IMG/VR virus record: IMGVR_UViG_3300011989_000486
Location: 4,313 to 68,312 of that record
Length of the DNA: 64,000 nucleotides
Direction: 5' to 3' (one strand)
Origin: a virus
Lineage: Duplodnaviria; Caudoviricetes
A model generated the notes under the pieces. The model saw only the letters and a list, made by a program, of their open reading frames with translations, had not been told where the DNA came from and did not search any database. Made by a program: the position numbers and the translations under genes. Within the stretch, counting starts at the first letter, position 1. Every line of letters starts with the position of its first letter. This document shows positions 8,228-17,368 of this stretch, one piece after another.

Positions 8228-9045
8228 TGAACCAAAAAGAAAATGAGCGCCTTCAAGAAGAAATTGAGCTTGAAGATACTCACAATAAAAACCTCTTGAT
8301 GCAACGTGTCAGACAAGAGGTTATGAATGACATGGATTTACAGAACTTAATTGCAAAATCTGGTGTAAACCAGAAAGTCTGTAATTCATGCCTGATGTAT
8401 CTGGCGGTATATAAAAGATTGCCACCAGATGCATTACTGGGTTTACTTTATCATCCTCAGCCAGAGGATTATGACAAAGCAAATCCAGAATCATTACAAA
8501 CCTTAGCTGAAGACATTGAAGCCTGCTGTGAAGCGGGCTTCTTTGATACTGACGACCAAGGAAGATTTGTAGTGATATTTGAGCTGCCAAAAAGAGTAGA
8601 AGAAGAACTGGACCAGTTCCAGTTTCCTTTACCTCTGTTGGTGACTCCAAAAACCATTGTGTCTAATACTGACTCAGGATATTACACAAAGAACCATGAG
8701 TCAGTTTTACTAGGAGGTAAAAAGACAGGTGAAGATGTCTGCTTAGAGCATCTGAACCTGATGAACAGCATCCCGTTCACTATCAATACTATGACGAACC
8801 AGGAAGCAGAGTGCACCTGGGATGGGATAAGTTCAGAAATGAGCAAAAAGAACTTAAAACGGTACATCTCAGCCATGATGAAAAACGAAGATCTCATGGT
8901 TGAGAAAGGTAATAAGTTTTATTTCAGCCACAGATTTGATTATCGTGGCAGAACTTATTGTCAAGGATATCACCTGAACTATCAGGGGACAGCCTACAAC
9001 AAAGCAGTTCTTGAGTTAGCTCATAAAGAGTTGGTTCAAAACTAA
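8227..9045 (+). CDS. RNA polymerase II subunit 1 (N4 gp15-like)
   Basis: FDYRGRTYCQGY = T7-family DxxGR motif; 272 aa. Confidence 0.9.
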   Translation: MNQKENERLQEEIELEDTHNKNLLMQRVRQEVMNDMDLQNLIAKSGVNQKVCNSCLMYLAVYKRLPPDALLGLLYHPQPEDYDKANPESLQTLAEDIEACCEAGFFDTDDQGRFVVIFELPKRVEEELDQFQFPLPLLVTPKTIVSNTDSGYYTKNHESVLLGGKKTGEDVCLEHLNLMNSIPFTINTMTNQEAECTWDGISSEMSKKNLKRYISAMMKNEDLMVEKGNKFYFSHRFDYRGRTYCQGYHLNYQGTAYNKAVLELAHKELVQN

Positions 9046-9113
9046 ATTACTACTTACTAAAGCCCATCTGATCAAGGTAATTAGATGGACTTTTGTTTAT
9101 TAAGGAAATAAAA

Positions 9114-9479
9114 ATGATTTTATGCAATATACCTGAACAGAAATATAAACTTCCGAGAGTATCAGCGAAACTCACAGTTAAGCTGTATCAAGGAATTAGA
9201 GAAATAGATAAGATGTTTGGAACCAAAACATCTCTATATGATTTCGTTAAAAACGAGTTACCTTTTCAAATAGCTCAGATGAGAGAGGAATATCATGCTC
9301 GTAAATGGCATAAAAATTATTTAAGAGAAAAATACGGAAGCCTGACATTAGATCAAGCAAAGAAGTTAAAAGCCTTAATTGAAAAAGGGCTTACTCTTAA
9401 ATATGGTAAACAAGTTCTAGGTGATTACACCGAAGAACTTGAAGATATTAGAGAATACTGCTGCTTAATAGCAGCTTAA
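9114..9479 (+). CDS. Hypothetical protein between RNAP subunits
   Basis: AAGGA RBS favours ATG 9114 over TTG 9093; ends CLIAA. Confidence 0.7.
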   Translation: MILCNIPEQKYKLPRVSAKLTVKLYQGIREIDKMFGTKTSLYDFVKNELPFQIAQMREEYHARKWHKNYLREKYGSLTLDQAKKLKALIEKGLTLKYGKQVLGDYTEELEDIREYCCLIAA

Positions 9480-9536
9480 CCAATAAAGAACCCAGCCCAA
9501 TGTGAGCTGGGTTCAGTCATTTATGGAGATAGTAAG

Positions 9537-10763
9537 ATGACTCAATTTACTCCTAAACAGTATTTACAGATGGATATAGCTTCAATGTACGGTCTTGATA
9601 AAAAGACTTGGTCTGAGAGACTTGAATGGTTTAATCAGAACCAAAACAAGCTTGAAGACCTGGTTGAACAGGCAGATGACAAAGCAGGCTATATAGCCGC
9701 TGTTAATGCCTATGAAGACATGCAAGATGGCAAACCGATAGGTTATTGCATAAATCTTGATGCTACTGCCTCTGGCTGTCAAGTTTTAGCCTTACTTACT
9801 GGAGACAAACAAGCTGCTGAAAGAGTTAATTTAATAAATACGGGCAAGAGGGAAGACCTGTACACCTACATCTACAACAAGATGAAAGATGAAGTAGAAG
9901 TAAGTGACAAACTTACCAGAGACCAAGTAAAAAAGGCTATCATGACTTCTCTTTATGGAAGTGAAAAGAAACCCAAAGAAGTATTTGGGGAAGACAATTA
10001 TGAAATTTTTGAAGATATTATGAGTGAAGAACTCCCTGGAGTATGGGAGTTAAACGAGTGTCTTTTAGATTGCTGGAACTCAAAAGCATCTGAATATAAC
10101 TGGATAATGCCTGATAATTTCCATGTGAAATGCAAAGTAATGACTCCAGTTGTATTTGAAACAACTTTATTTGATGAGCCTGTTGATATTCTCAAATATG
10201 TTAATAAACCCATTAAGAAAGGCAAGTTCCTTTCAGCGAACTTGGCTCACTCAGTTGACGGGTTTATCAACAGAGAAATGACCCTGCGCTGTATGCTCTC
10301 AGGGGCATATAAGCAGACTCTGAAAAAGTTGGTGAACCTAAAACCTGAAAGTTCAGAGTTTGGTCAAATTTGCGAAAGTCTGCCTAAAGGCAACTCCAGG
10401 AAATTTAACACCCTGATGACTCGGTACAGAGAGTCTGGATACTTACCAGTAAGAATACTTCTGTATCTGAACCAGAAGTGCTACATGGGTATGGGAGCCA
10501 AAGAGAAGAAAGAACTGAAAGAACTGGTGAACTCACTACCTAATGATGGGTTTGAGCTTTTCAGTATTCATGACTGCTTCAGATGCCATCCGAATCATGC
10601 TGAAGCAGTCAGAGAACAGTACAGAGTAATTTGTTCAAGGATAGCTAAGAGCAAGATGCTTGATGCTATACTTAGTCACATGTTTGAGCATCCCATTCAT
10701 GTAAATAAGTTAAATGAAAACTTGGGTGACGAAGTGCTTAAAAGCGAATATGCAATTTGCTAA
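9537..10763 (+). CDS. RNA polymerase II subunit 2 (N4 gp16-like)
   Basis: Motif A DATASG, motif B RDQVKKAIMTSLYG, motif C IHDCF. Confidence 0.95.
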   Translation: MTQFTPKQYLQMDIASMYGLDKKTWSERLEWFNQNQNKLEDLVEQADDKAGYIAAVNAYEDMQDGKPIGYCINLDATASGCQVLALLTGDKQAAERVNLINTGKREDLYTYIYNKMKDEVEVSDKLTRDQVKKAIMTSLYGSEKKPKEVFGEDNYEIFEDIMSEELPGVWELNECLLDCWNSKASEYNWIMPDNFHVKCKVMTPVVFETTLFDEPVDILKYVNKPIKKGKFLSANLAHSVDGFINREMTLRCMLSGAYKQTLKKLVNLKPESSEFGQICESLPKGNSRKFNTLMTRYRESGYLPVRILLYLNQKCYMGMGAKEKKELKELVNSLPNDGFELFSIHDCFRCHPNHAEAVREQYRVICSRIAKSKMLDAILSHMFEHPIHVNKLNENLGDEVLKSEYAIC

Positions 10764-10771
10764 TTAAAAAT

Positions 10772-10812
10772 TACTACCTGATAATTAAGTTTATTAGGTA
10801 GTATTTTTTTTT
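10772..10812 (+). terminator. Hairpin plus T-tract between RNAP2 and the methyltransferase
   Basis: TACTACCT-(16 nt)-AGGTAGTA followed by a long T run. Confidence 0.6.
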
Positions 10813-10824
10813 TTAAGGATTAAG

Positions 10825-11775
10825 ATGACAGGATATAAAACTGATTTAGGTGAATACATTTATGGGGATTCACTTAAATTAATTAAGCAAATAAAAGATA
10901 ATAGTATTGATTTAATTATGACTTCTCCGCCTTTTGCATTACAACGTCAAAAAGCATATGGCAATGAAGATCAACATGTTTATGTGAATTGGCTTTGCCA
11001 ATTTACAAAAGCTGCTTACTATAAGCTTAAAAATACAGGTTCGATAGTGCTTGATATTGGTGGAGCTTATCAAAAAGGAAGCCCTATTTATTCTTTATAT
11101 CAATTTCGTTTCTTAATAAAAATGGTTGATGAATTAGGTTATAGCTTAGCTCAACCATTTTATTGGTTTAACTCTAGTGCTTTACCAGCACCTATTGAAT
11201 GGGTTAATAAAAGAAAAATTAGAGCCAAAAATGCAGTAAATACTGTATGGTGGTTTTGTAAAACTCCTTTTTGTAAAGCAGATATTAGAAATGTATTAAC
11301 TCCTTATAGTTCTCGTATGAAAAAGCTCATTGCTAATCCAAAAGATTTCGTTCCTCATGAAGGAACAGAACGCCCTTCTGGACATGTAATGGGATTAGCT
11401 AGTTGGACAAAAGATAATGGTGGAGCTATCCCTTCAAATTTACTTTCTATTCCAAATACAGAAAGTAATAGTAGTTATTTAAGATATTGTAAAGCTTTAA
11501 AATTAAAAGCACATCCTGCAAGATTTCCAGCTAAATTACCTGAATTTTTTATAAAAATGTTAACTAAAGAAAATGATTTAGTTGTAGACATATTTGCAGG
11601 AAGTAATACAACTGGAAGTGTTTGTGAACAATTAAAAAGAAAATGGTTATCTTTTGATAATGAATTAGAATATGTTGCAAATAGTGTCTTTAGATTTTGT
11701 CCAAAAGAGCTAGATTTAGACAAAGCTAAAGAACACTATAATAATATTATAAATATGGATAGTATTAAGCTTTAA
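10825..11775 (+). CDS. N4-cytosine DNA methyltransferase, M.PvuII-like (beta class)
   Basis: TSPPF catalytic motif before DIFAGS SAM motif; PIEWVNKRKIR, NTVWWF, HPARFPAKLPEFFI match my recall of M.PvuII. Confidence 0.9.
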   Translation: MTGYKTDLGEYIYGDSLKLIKQIKDNSIDLIMTSPPFALQRQKAYGNEDQHVYVNWLCQFTKAAYYKLKNTGSIVLDIGGAYQKGSPIYSLYQFRFLIKMVDELGYSLAQPFYWFNSSALPAPIEWVNKRKIRAKNAVNTVWWFCKTPFCKADIRNVLTPYSSRMKKLIANPKDFVPHEGTERPSGHVMGLASWTKDNGGAIPSNLLSIPNTESNSSYLRYCKALKLKAHPARFPAKLPEFFIKMLTKENDLVVDIFAGSNTTGSVCEQLKRKWLSFDNELEYVANSVFRFCPKELDLDKAKEHYNNIINMDSIKL

Positions 11776-12328
11776 TTACATCAATTGGACTAATGGGATG
11801 CTGCTTGTCAAATGGATAAACTTGTACCCCATTTTTTCTAACCCAAGAAAGATTTATATGCGGATTATTTAAAGTATTTCCTTGATTAGTTATTGGTTTA
11901 TCTTCTTCTGATGCAATTTTATTTTCCCACTGCTTATAATGATATTCCATTTTATCAGGAGTTACTATCCAAATTTCTTGTAATATAATACCATTATATA
12001 CAGCAAAACTCCATGGGACTTTTCTATATTTATTTATAATTTTACGATTTATATGATGATTTGTAGTAAAACTTCTTGCAGAGGTAGCAAGATTAAGAGA
12101 TTTCATTTCCCATTCTGTACCATCTTCAGAAATTGCATCATTACCTTCCCTTTCAGGTAATGCCTTAAAATTTAAATATGTTATTTGTTGTAAAATTTTA
12201 GCTCCATTATCTTGAAAAATATCTTTAATATTATTTTTCGTTGCTAATTCTTGTATTTCGTTTAATTTAATCCATAGTTGATTAATTTTATTAATTCTAT
12301 GAATATGATCTTGATCTAAAAATGCCAT
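11765..12328 (-). CDS. Type II restriction endonuclease, PvuII-like
   Basis: DIFQDNG, REGNDA, EMKS, FTTNHH, KYRKVPW, NNPHI correspond to R.PvuII DIFQDNG/REGNDA/ELKS/FSTHHH/KYRQVPW/NNPKI (from recall). Confidence 0.85.
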   Translation of the reverse strand: MAFLDQDHIHRINKINQLWIKLNEIQELATKNNIKDIFQDNGAKILQQITYLNFKALPEREGNDAISEDGTEWEMKSLNLATSARSFTTNHHINRKIINKYRKVPWSFAVYNGIILQEIWIVTPDKMEYHYKQWENKIASEEDKPITNQGNTLNNPHINLSWVRKNGVQVYPFDKQHPISPIDVIKA

Positions 12329-12466
12329 TTAATACTCTTTTAATAAACTTAAACAATTTAAGTAAAAATTAAAAATAGTAATTTTCAATTTAATATTAAT
12401 CAACTTAATATATAATATTAAGTTTTATTATATTTTTATTTTTGAACCAAGGAGACCACAGACTAC

Positions 12467-12799
12467 ATGGCTGCAAGCACACGCATGAATGTACAGATGA
12501 TCCCAGCACGGATCAATGGTATCAAGAAGAAGCTCACTGATATACAGCTCTCAAAGGAAGAATTTAAGAAAGCACTGGATGCCTTGAACCAGTGTCACTG
12601 TGACCCTAGAGACCTGTTCTATGACAACGAGGAGCTACAGGAACCAGATACCAACGACAAGGACTTCCTTGAAGCCTGGGCGTATATCTTTAGCGGCATA
12701 GAGAGCTTCATTGAGAAGCTGAACCAGGAAGAGAAGAAGCTCAAGATCCAGAAAGAGACCCTGGAAAGTGTACTGAGTAGTAACTCAGATAAGAATTGA
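12467..12799 (+). CDS. Hypothetical coiled-coil protein
   Basis: 110 aa, AAGGAG RBS. Confidence 0.75.
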   Translation: MAASTRMNVQMIPARINGIKKKLTDIQLSKEEFKKALDALNQCHCDPRDLFYDNEELQEPDTNDKDFLEAWAYIFSGIESFIEKLNQEEKKLKIQKETLESVLSSNSDKN

Positions 12800-12885
12800 C
12801 AAGCCCAAAAAAGAGATTAAATTAAAAACATCTCTTTTTACTGTTTTTCTCTGGAATGGCCCCAGAGACCCCAGCAGGCAGAAGG

Positions 12886-13019
12886 TATATATATATATAT
12901 ATCAAAGACCGAGGTATGTTTATATAAAGATTACTATGTAGTAATTGATCTACTTTATAGGTACTAGGTAGTAAATGATCTTTAGGATCTTATATACCCT
13001 ACTGGGGAGTAATTGATCT
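12886..13019. repeat. (TA)8 tract and three GTAGTAA(T/A)TGATCT-like repeats
   Basis: TA run 12886-12902; repeats at 12938, 12968, 13006; GATC at 12947, 12977, 12986, 13015. Confidence 0.8.
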
Positions 13020-13023
13020 ATAT

Positions 13024-13050
13024 AGCCCGCGGGAAGCGGGCTTTATTTTT
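13024..13050 (+). terminator. Intrinsic terminator at convergent junction
   Basis: AGCCCGC-GGGAA-GCGGGCT-TTATTTTT. Confidence 0.75.
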
Positions 13051-13310
13051 TATGATTCTGAGATAGTGTTAATATCCAGTACCTCTTCCTTGGGAAACAG
13101 ATCTGGGCAGTTCCACATTCTCTCTAACCTGTCTGCCCATTGTTCATTTCCTGTACGCCTTAGAAAATCAAGATAGTAACTTTTCTGCTCTTGGTTCAGA
13201 TCTGTCTCCCAGCCCTTGATGTGAGCTGTAAACATACTGTCAGCTCTGGTTACGGCTTCCTTCGCAAATTCACATGCCTGCTTAGCAAACACAAACTCCA
13301 CGTCTGTCAC
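13050..13310 (-). CDS. Isolated antisense hypothetical protein
   Basis: 86 aa, GTG start with upstream CAGGGG; fills an otherwise empty gap. Confidence 0.6.
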   Translation of the reverse strand: MTDVEFVFAKQACEFAKEAVTRADSMFTAHIKGWETDLNQEQKSYYLDFLRRTGNEQWADRLERMWNCPDLFPKEEVLDINTISES

Positions 13311-13498
13311 GCTGATTACCCCTGAGTAATTAAGTTCTGTTGTGGGTTGGATTACTTAGTAGTAATAACCCATCAGATTTATTATAAACTGCATTTGCAC
13401 AAGTGCAATTTATAAAAACCTAATCTTGGTTCATTTGTGAACTAAGCCTTGTTGCGGGTTCATACCCTTAGATACTTACCACTACTTTAGGAATAACT

Positions 13499-14584
13499 AT
13501 GAAGTCCATTGAATACACAGTAGACATTAAACAAGCCACTACTCTGACCGAAGATGCTTTAGCGTCTGGTCTTGTCCCTTTCCTGCACTCAGCTCCTGGC
13601 TGCGGCAAATCATCCATCATTAAAGCCATTGCCAAGAAAAATAATCTCAAGCTGATAGACCTGAGACTGAGCACCATTGACAGTGTTGACCTGTCAGGTA
13701 TGCCCATGATTAAAGAGAACCATCAGGTTGACTGGGTGCCATTTGATGTATTCCCGCTTACCAAAACACCTGTACCGCAGGGTTACAACGGTTGGCTCCT
13801 GTTCTTAGATGAGTTTAATTCAGCCAGCGAGCCTGTCATCGCAGCTGCTTACAACGTGGTCTTAGACCATCGCATTGGCATCTACAACCTCAACCCTAAA
13901 TGCTTTATCGCATGTGCAGGCAATCGTGAAGAAGACCATGCCATTACCACGTCTATTGGCACTGCCATGACTTCACGCTTGGTTCACCTTACGCTTGAAC
14001 CTACGGTAGACGCATGGATTAATCAGGTAGCTATCCCGCAGCATTATGACTACAGAGTCATAGCTTTCCTGAGTATGCATCCTGATGCGTTTAACGACTT
14101 TGACCCAAGCAAGCCTACTGACACTTACGCATGTCCGCGTACCTGGGAATTTCTTAATCGTGAGCTTGAGGTCTTTAAAGCAGCAGATCCGACTCTCAAG
14201 AACCTCAGCGACAAGTTGCCTCTGCTTGCAGGCACTGTCAGTGCAGGCATAGCTGTAGAGTTCGTGCAGTTTTGCAAGGTAATTCAGAATCTGCCTACCT
14301 ACGAAAACATCGTTAAATCTCCTCTCAAAGCCAAGCTCCCTGATGACCTGAGCGCTCTTTGGGCAACTGTTTCTATGTGCGCCCAGAAAGTCTCAGAGGA
14401 CGACATTGACGTTGTCAGCGAATACATCAGACGCATTCCTGACCGCTCAATGCAGGGTCTGTTCACCAGGGCTGTTATTCAGAACAACCCGTTACTGGTA
14501 AGCAATCAGAACATTGCTTCTTTCGTGACTGATTTGGCTATTGAGATTGGAGAGATGAACGATGCCTTACACAATGCCGCCTGA
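13499..14584 (+). CDS. MoxR-like AAA+ ATPase (N4 gp24-like)
   Basis: Walker A SAPGCGKS, Walker B LFLDEFN, paired with a vWA gene. Confidence 0.9.
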   Translation: MKSIEYTVDIKQATTLTEDALASGLVPFLHSAPGCGKSSIIKAIAKKNNLKLIDLRLSTIDSVDLSGMPMIKENHQVDWVPFDVFPLTKTPVPQGYNGWLLFLDEFNSASEPVIAAAYNVVLDHRIGIYNLNPKCFIACAGNREEDHAITTSIGTAMTSRLVHLTLEPTVDAWINQVAIPQHYDYRVIAFLSMHPDAFNDFDPSKPTDTYACPRTWEFLNRELEVFKAADPTLKNLSDKLPLLAGTVSAGIAVEFVQFCKVIQNLPTYENIVKSPLKAKLPDDLSALWATVSMCAQKVSEDDIDVVSEYIRRIPDRSMQGLFTRAVIQNNPLLVSNQNIASFVTDLAIEIGEMNDALHNAA

Positions 14585-15812
14585 GAAACAGGTACAGGTT
14601 AAGAAAGCTTATCGCCAGCTCCAGCTAACCATCTTCACTGGAAAAAACTCTGCTTTCCTGGCTCCTCTGCTTTGCTCACTGAACATCAAATTCACTGATG
14701 GCAGCGACTTTGGCAGAGACCCTGAGCGCTTCTACATGGGAACCACTGGAGACACCATCTGGATTAACCCAGACAAGCTCTTAACCATGAAGCTCAAAGA
14801 TGCCAGTTTCATCCTTGAGCATGAACTTTGGCATATCGCCAGACTGCATATTCAGCGCAGAGGTGACAAAGACCCTCAAACATGGAACCAAGCCTGTGAC
14901 TATGTCATTAACAACGACATGATCAGAGACGGCAGTTCTTGCAGTATTCCTGGACTTGTTAATCCAGACTACTTAAACAAGAGCGAAGAAGATGTTTATG
15001 GCGACATCTGTAAACCGCGCAAGCAGGCTAAAAACAAAGGCAATGGCAGTGATCCTGCTGAAGTACCTCCGTCAGATAAATCAGGAGAAGATTATGGGAA
15101 CTCTGATAGTGATAATCCTGTTGGCAATGATTTACTGCCAGCTACGAAAGAGCAAATAGAAAACGCTTTAGGCAACGTCATCAAAGCCAGACAGCAGGCT
15201 CTGCTTTCAGGCGGCTTGCAGCCTGGAACTACGGCAGGAGACCTGTGCAAAGTCTGGGATAAATCCTTAGAGCCAGAACTGCCCTGGGAAAACATCCTTC
15301 ACTCTTTGATGAAGGATTTACTCCCCAAGACTCAGCTCTCATGGAAACGCCGTAACAGGCGCTACATGAATATCCACATGCCGTCTATGGTTGCCGGTAA
15401 AGACAGGCTGGCTCATCTCATCTATGCCATAGACACTTCTGGCTCAGTAAGTGAAAAGCAGCTTAACCGTATTAACTCTGAAATCCGTTACGTCCACGAC
15501 AGGCTCAAGCCTAAGAAACTCACTGTCATTCAGTTTGATGAAGACTTACAGAACGTGCAGACATTCGCGGACAAGGACAAATACGAAAAAGTTGAACTTC
15601 ACGGAGGCGGAGGAACTTCCTACTGGCCTGTAAAACATTTCGTTGACAACTGTGAAGGTAAGGTCAACGGCTTAATCGTTTTTACAGACCTTTACTGCGA
15701 TCCAATGGCTCCTTTAGCCAACCCGAACATACCTGTGTTCTGGGTTGGGGTTGCCACTGATAAGACCGAGAAGGACATCCCCTTTGGTCATTTCATTCCA
15801 GTGAGGGTTTGA
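14562..15812 (+). CDS. Metallopeptidase + vWA domain protein (N4 gp25-like)
   Basis: HELWH zinc motif; MIDAS DTSGS; GGGT. Confidence 0.9.
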   Translation: MPYTMPPEKQVQVKKAYRQLQLTIFTGKNSAFLAPLLCSLNIKFTDGSDFGRDPERFYMGTTGDTIWINPDKLLTMKLKDASFILEHELWHIARLHIQRRGDKDPQTWNQACDYVINNDMIRDGSSCSIPGLVNPDYLNKSEEDVYGDICKPRKQAKNKGNGSDPAEVPPSDKSGEDYGNSDSDNPVGNDLLPATKEQIENALGNVIKARQQALLSGGLQPGTTAGDLCKVWDKSLEPELPWENILHSLMKDLLPKTQLSWKRRNRRYMNIHMPSMVAGKDRLAHLIYAIDTSGSVSEKQLNRINSEIRYVHDRLKPKKLTVIQFDEDLQNVQTFADKDKYEKVELHGGGGTSYWPVKHFVDNCEGKVNGLIVFTDLYCDPMAPLANPNIPVFWVGVATDKTEKDIPFGHFIPVRV

Positions 15813-15815
15813 CTT

Positions 15816-16019
15816 ATGGAAGTCCTGAAGTTCGTTATCTACGTCTTTATCAACGCTGCATGTGCACCAGTGATGGTGTTCATCCTGTGCTTTACAGCCT
15901 GCTTTATACAGACGTTCAGCCTGATCGCAGCGCTGTTTTGCGGATGCATCTTTGGCTCACTGGGCTATATCATCATTCGCATTACAAACAAGTTTATTAC
16001 GTTCAAGGAAAATTCATGA
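15816..16019 (+). CDS. Small membrane protein
   Basis: 67 aa, strongly hydrophobic; ATGA overlap with the helicase. Confidence 0.6.
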   Translation: MEVLKFVIYVFINAACAPVMVFILCFTACFIQTFSLIAALFCGCIFGSLGYIIIRITNKFITFKENS

Positions 16020-17368
16020 TTACTACTGATTCACTTACGCAAGACCAGCAGAAAGTCTTTAAAGGCTTTGTGCAGTTCCTGCTGGATCCAAAGCAGAAAA
16101 GCATGATTATTCAGGGCAGCGCAGGCACTGGGAAGTCTTATCTTACCAAGTACCTGATCGAGGCTGGCATTGAGAACTACATGCTCACCAGCAAAGCTTT
16201 AGGCATCACTCCTGAGTACACCGACTATGAAGTCTGTGCCACTACCAACAAAGCTGTAGACAGTCTTGAGACTGAGCTGAATTTACCGAGTAGTAAATCT
16301 GTTACTACCCTTACAGCTCTAATGAGACTTCACTTAGCTTATGACCCTAATACCAAGCATCAGACTTTGGTCTGTAATTACAACTGGACTCCAGTCCATA
16401 ACAAAATCATCTTCATAGACGAATGCAGCATGATTAGCACTGACCTTGCTGCTGCTCTGCCTATGACCTTTAAACACTGCAAGTTTGTCTTCATCGGAGA
16501 CAAGTTCCAGTTACCTCCTGTGAAGGAGAAAGAGTCTGTTATCTATCAGCTCAAAATCCCTGAGTATGACTTAAACAAACCTGTCAGAAATGCAGGCAAG
16601 CCTGCTTTGGTAGAGCTATGTAAACAGCTTGAGGAGACCTGTAAAACAGGCAAATGGCATGACATTCATTCTGTCCCTGGTTCAATTGAAGTCATTAGAG
16701 ACGGTGCTGTGATGCAGAAGCTGGTTGACCAGAACTTCACTCAGATTGACCCAGACAAGAAAATCCTTGCTTACTCCAACGCTACTGTGACCCAGTACGC
16801 TCAGTACATCATGCAGCTCAGGGGTGAGAAAGATTATATAGCAGCAGGTAACTGGTACACCTCTAACGAGTACTACTGCTCTAATCCTGCCAAGAGCATG
16901 AATGCTTATAAGCTCAACATTGACTCGCCTGTCAGGGTTGAGGAAGTATCTACTGATGTGCCTTTAACCTGCTATCAGGAACTGGGTTTGTCTGAAAAAG
17001 ACAAAGACAAAGACGTTTTGATTAAGGTGACCGTATGGAATCCCAAACGTAATGCTGAATGGTCTTCAGTCATGTTCAGACTGCCTGATGACTATCTCGC
17101 CTACATGAAGACTTTAGTCAAAGTAAACCCTAAAAAGTACTACTCACTAAAGTCTCAGATTCTTGATTTAAGGCGTTCTGAAGTCTCCACTGTACATAAA
17201 GCTCAGGGGCAGACCTTAGATACCGTCTACATTGACCTTTGCGACATCTCCCGTTGCACTCAGAAAGACCTCACGGCAAAGCTGCTTTACGTAGCTGCTT
17301 CGCGAGCCAAGAACAAAGTTGTCTTCTACGGAGAGCTGTCCAAGCGATACGGAGTAAGCGTTCTATGA
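16016..17368 (+). CDS. RecD/Dda-like SF1B DNA helicase
   Basis: GSAGTGKS, IDECS, GDKFQLPPV, STVHKAQG, LYVAASRA; start reassigned to ATG 16016 with AAGGA RBS. Confidence 0.93.
   Translation: MITTDSLTQDQQKVFKGFVQFLLDPKQKSMIIQGSAGTGKSYLTKYLIEAGIENYMLTSKALGITPEYTDYEVCATTNKAVDSLETELNLPSSKSVTTLTALMRLHLAYDPNTKHQTLVCNYNWTPVHNKIIFIDECSMISTDLAAALPMTFKHCKFVFIGDKFQLPPVKEKESVIYQLKIPEYDLNKPVRNAGKPALVELCKQLEETCKTGKWHDIHSVPGSIEVIRDGAVMQKLVDQNFTQIDPDKKILAYSNATVTQYAQYIMQLRGEKDYIAAGNWYTSNEYYCSNPAKSMNAYKLNIDSPVRVEEVSTDVPLTCYQELGLSEKDKDKDVLIKVTVWNPKRNAEWSSVMFRLPDDYLAYMKTLVKVNPKKYYSLKSQILDLRRSEVSTVHKAQGQTLDTVYIDLCDISRCTQKDLTAKLLYVAASRAKNKVVFYGELSKRYGVSVL

Noticed and set aside
7866-12453. GAACCAAGGA upstream of genes 7884 and 12467
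   Set aside because: Largely explained by the AAGGA ribosome-binding site.
7445-13330. Identical 13-mer ACCCCTGAGTAAT at 7445 and 13318
   Set aside because: Only two copies in different contexts (terminator stem versus antisense RBS region); compatible with chance.
15809-16015. 69-aa N-terminal extension of the helicase
   Set aside because: TTG start overlapping a better small gene; ATG 16016 has an RBS and ATGA coupling.
17239-17364. Long N-terminus for the post-helicase gene
   Set aside because: Overlaps helicase motifs; ATG 17365 is coupled to the helicase stop.
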